The notes under the pieces: model-generated | What the model saw: only the letters and a program-made list of their open reading frames with translations | Told to the model about the DNA's origin: nothing | Database searches by the model: none | In this document: in pieces, positions 40,264 to 64,000 of the stretch | Layout: every line of letters starts with the position of its first letter | How positions within the stretch are numbered: position 1 is the first letter of the stretch | Translations under genes and position numbers: made by a program | From: Amoebidium appalachense | Lineage: Eukaryota; Protista; Ichthyosporea | NCBI GenBank assembly: GCA_963693365.1 | Contig: CAVNZM010000018.1 | Location: 2,022,728 to 2,086,727, forward strand | Direction of reading: 5' to 3' | Length of the DNA: 64,000 nt

Positions 40264-40806
40264 CTTCTCCTCCTCCCTCCCTCCCTCCCTCCCTCCCTCC
40301 CTTCCCCCCTCCCACGCGCAGTGGCTGCCGCCCAAGGTTTTTTTTAAAAAAAAAAAACCAAAAAAAAAAAAACCACCACAGACTCAATCTAATGATAATA
40401 CTATTGAATATTACTCAATACTGACCCCCTTCCCTTACATATGTGCGTGTTCGTGCCCTGTGAGTGTGTGCATGCGGGTTGGTGTGTGGGTGTGTGATTC
40501 ATGTGTGCGAGCCAGGCACGGATCCGTGGAGTATAAAAAAACAAGCTGTAGCACACCGTGAGATATCCCCCCCCCCCCCCCCCCCTCCCCCCTCCCCCCT
40601 TCCCCATTGGCAAACACACACACCTACGACCCCATGCCTGCACACAAACACACAAATCCGCGGGGCACGCACACAGACACACACACACACAGACACACAC
40701 ACACACACACATAGTCACACAGTACCTCTACAGACAAGACACCCAGGCAGGCAGTCAGGCAGTCAGTCAGTCGCGCAGGCAGGCAGACAGAGAGAAAAGA
40801 CATACA

Positions 40807-40874
<68 letters not shown>

Positions 40875-41138
40875 CGCTACACAGCTCTACCTCCATTGAC
40901 ACATCTGTTACCCTGCATATTCTATTTGCCCATCGTAGGAGAAGCAACTAGAACGATCATCATTCGGGCGGATGCATTCATATGCATGAATTCGAATCCC
41001 TATAGTAAACCATTTATTATCATGTATTATGCAATATGTGAAGGTTTTAAAAGATTCCACATGTGTATACATGGCCCGTTCTTCCAAATAGTTTCATGCA
41101 AGCTAGACTGTGGTCTGCAGAATGGGTTCCAACAAACC

Positions 41139-41172
<34 letters not shown>

Positions 41173-41851
41173 CAAACGGAAAACAGCATTTAATTTGATG
41201 TTCGAGCCATGATTTTTCTATACATGCTCCATTGATCTTTCATTTTCAATTCAAAGGGAGGTCATTCACAGATGCAAACAGAGAAAAATGAACCGAAAAA
41301 AGAGATATACGGGTTGCGCGAATGCTTCATGGAGACAAAAGAAAAAAACAACAACAAAAAAAAAATCTACTTTCATGTGTGGCCACATTCGATATTAATA
41401 TCGGAGACTTCAAGTCACAACACTTATTGCTTATTTTCGTTCGTGAGTGTGGGTTAGTTCTGTCCTTCAACATGAGGTGGTTGAACCCCCCCCCCCCCCC
41501 CCCCCCCCCCCACCCCTACCACCACCATTTTTTTGGGGCACGATATCGCAAAATAGGTTATATCTTCTGCGGGAAAAATATAAAATAAAAACGGCTGTGA
41601 CCAGCGCAAGCAGTCGTTGTGTTAATAACAGCTCATTATTCTGTGTCGTTTTGTCCTATAATAGCATTATTCCATGAGCGATCCGGTGAGGGGAAAAAAA
41701 ACAAAACAAAACAAAATAAACAAACAAACCAAAAACTATATCCCGGTGGCGTTTGGCTAAGATAGCATATCCTCCCGTACTGATGTCGGCTTAATTCCTG
41801 ATAATATTTGCCATAAATGGAACTTCCTGGTGATATTTTTAGAAAGATTGC

Positions 41852-63723
<21,872 letters not shown>

Positions 63724-63801
63724 CTGTGTGTGCGTGTTTTTTGGGATGTGGGTGTGTTTGGATTGAATGGGGTGCAAAGAGTGAAGGGTGGGTGTTTTGC
63801 T

Positions 63802-63832
<31 letters not shown>

Positions 63833-64000
63833 GGAGGAGGGGGGGGGATGGGGAGGGGGGAGGGAGGGGGGATAAGAGGGCAGGGGGGGGGGGGGGTAAG
63901 TTTCCATGTCAAGTATGCATGCCCATCGACAAGGTTCTTGATTGTAAATGAAATTGAAATGGGCTGAAGTAGATTGATCCCACCTGACCTAAACCAGCAA

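Overview
Eukaryotic, intron-rich genomic DNA full of poly-C/poly-G, (CA/TG)n and (GA)n tracts; most entries in the ORF track are artefacts of these repeats, and several homopolymer-length errors are likely. The taxon cannot be fixed from the sequence. Host genes: two paralogous secreted Ala/Gly/Asn-rich repeat proteins (minus, ~3.6-4.2 kb and 22.5-24.1 kb); a 4-exon secreted protein made of two 12-Cys modules (8250-10558); a CXC zinc-cluster gene (26.1-31.9 kb) whose coding exon is split by an LTR element; and a >22-kb RECQL4-like helicase gene (minus, 41852 to beyond 63723). Mobile elements: a 5'-truncated LINE, a young full-length Ty3/Gypsy chromovirus (10959-19331), a young non-autonomous LTR element (27099-30657, TSD TGGCT), a split-direct-repeat (Ngaro/PAT-type) retroelement (34079-39055) and several MITE-like inverted repeats. 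Most notable: (i) the split-direct-repeat element has near-identical repeats and a clean TGCC recombination core, yet its single ORF is RT-RNase H fused only to a recombinase N-terminal domain, with no catalytic tyrosine-recombinase domain and no recognisable gag; (ii) the RECQL4-like gene has repeated duplications of its exon boundaries, including three extra 27-nt RAMKAGKGK micro-exon copies that differ only at synonymous sites; (iii) many acceptors are (AC)n-CAG with no polypyrimidine tract.
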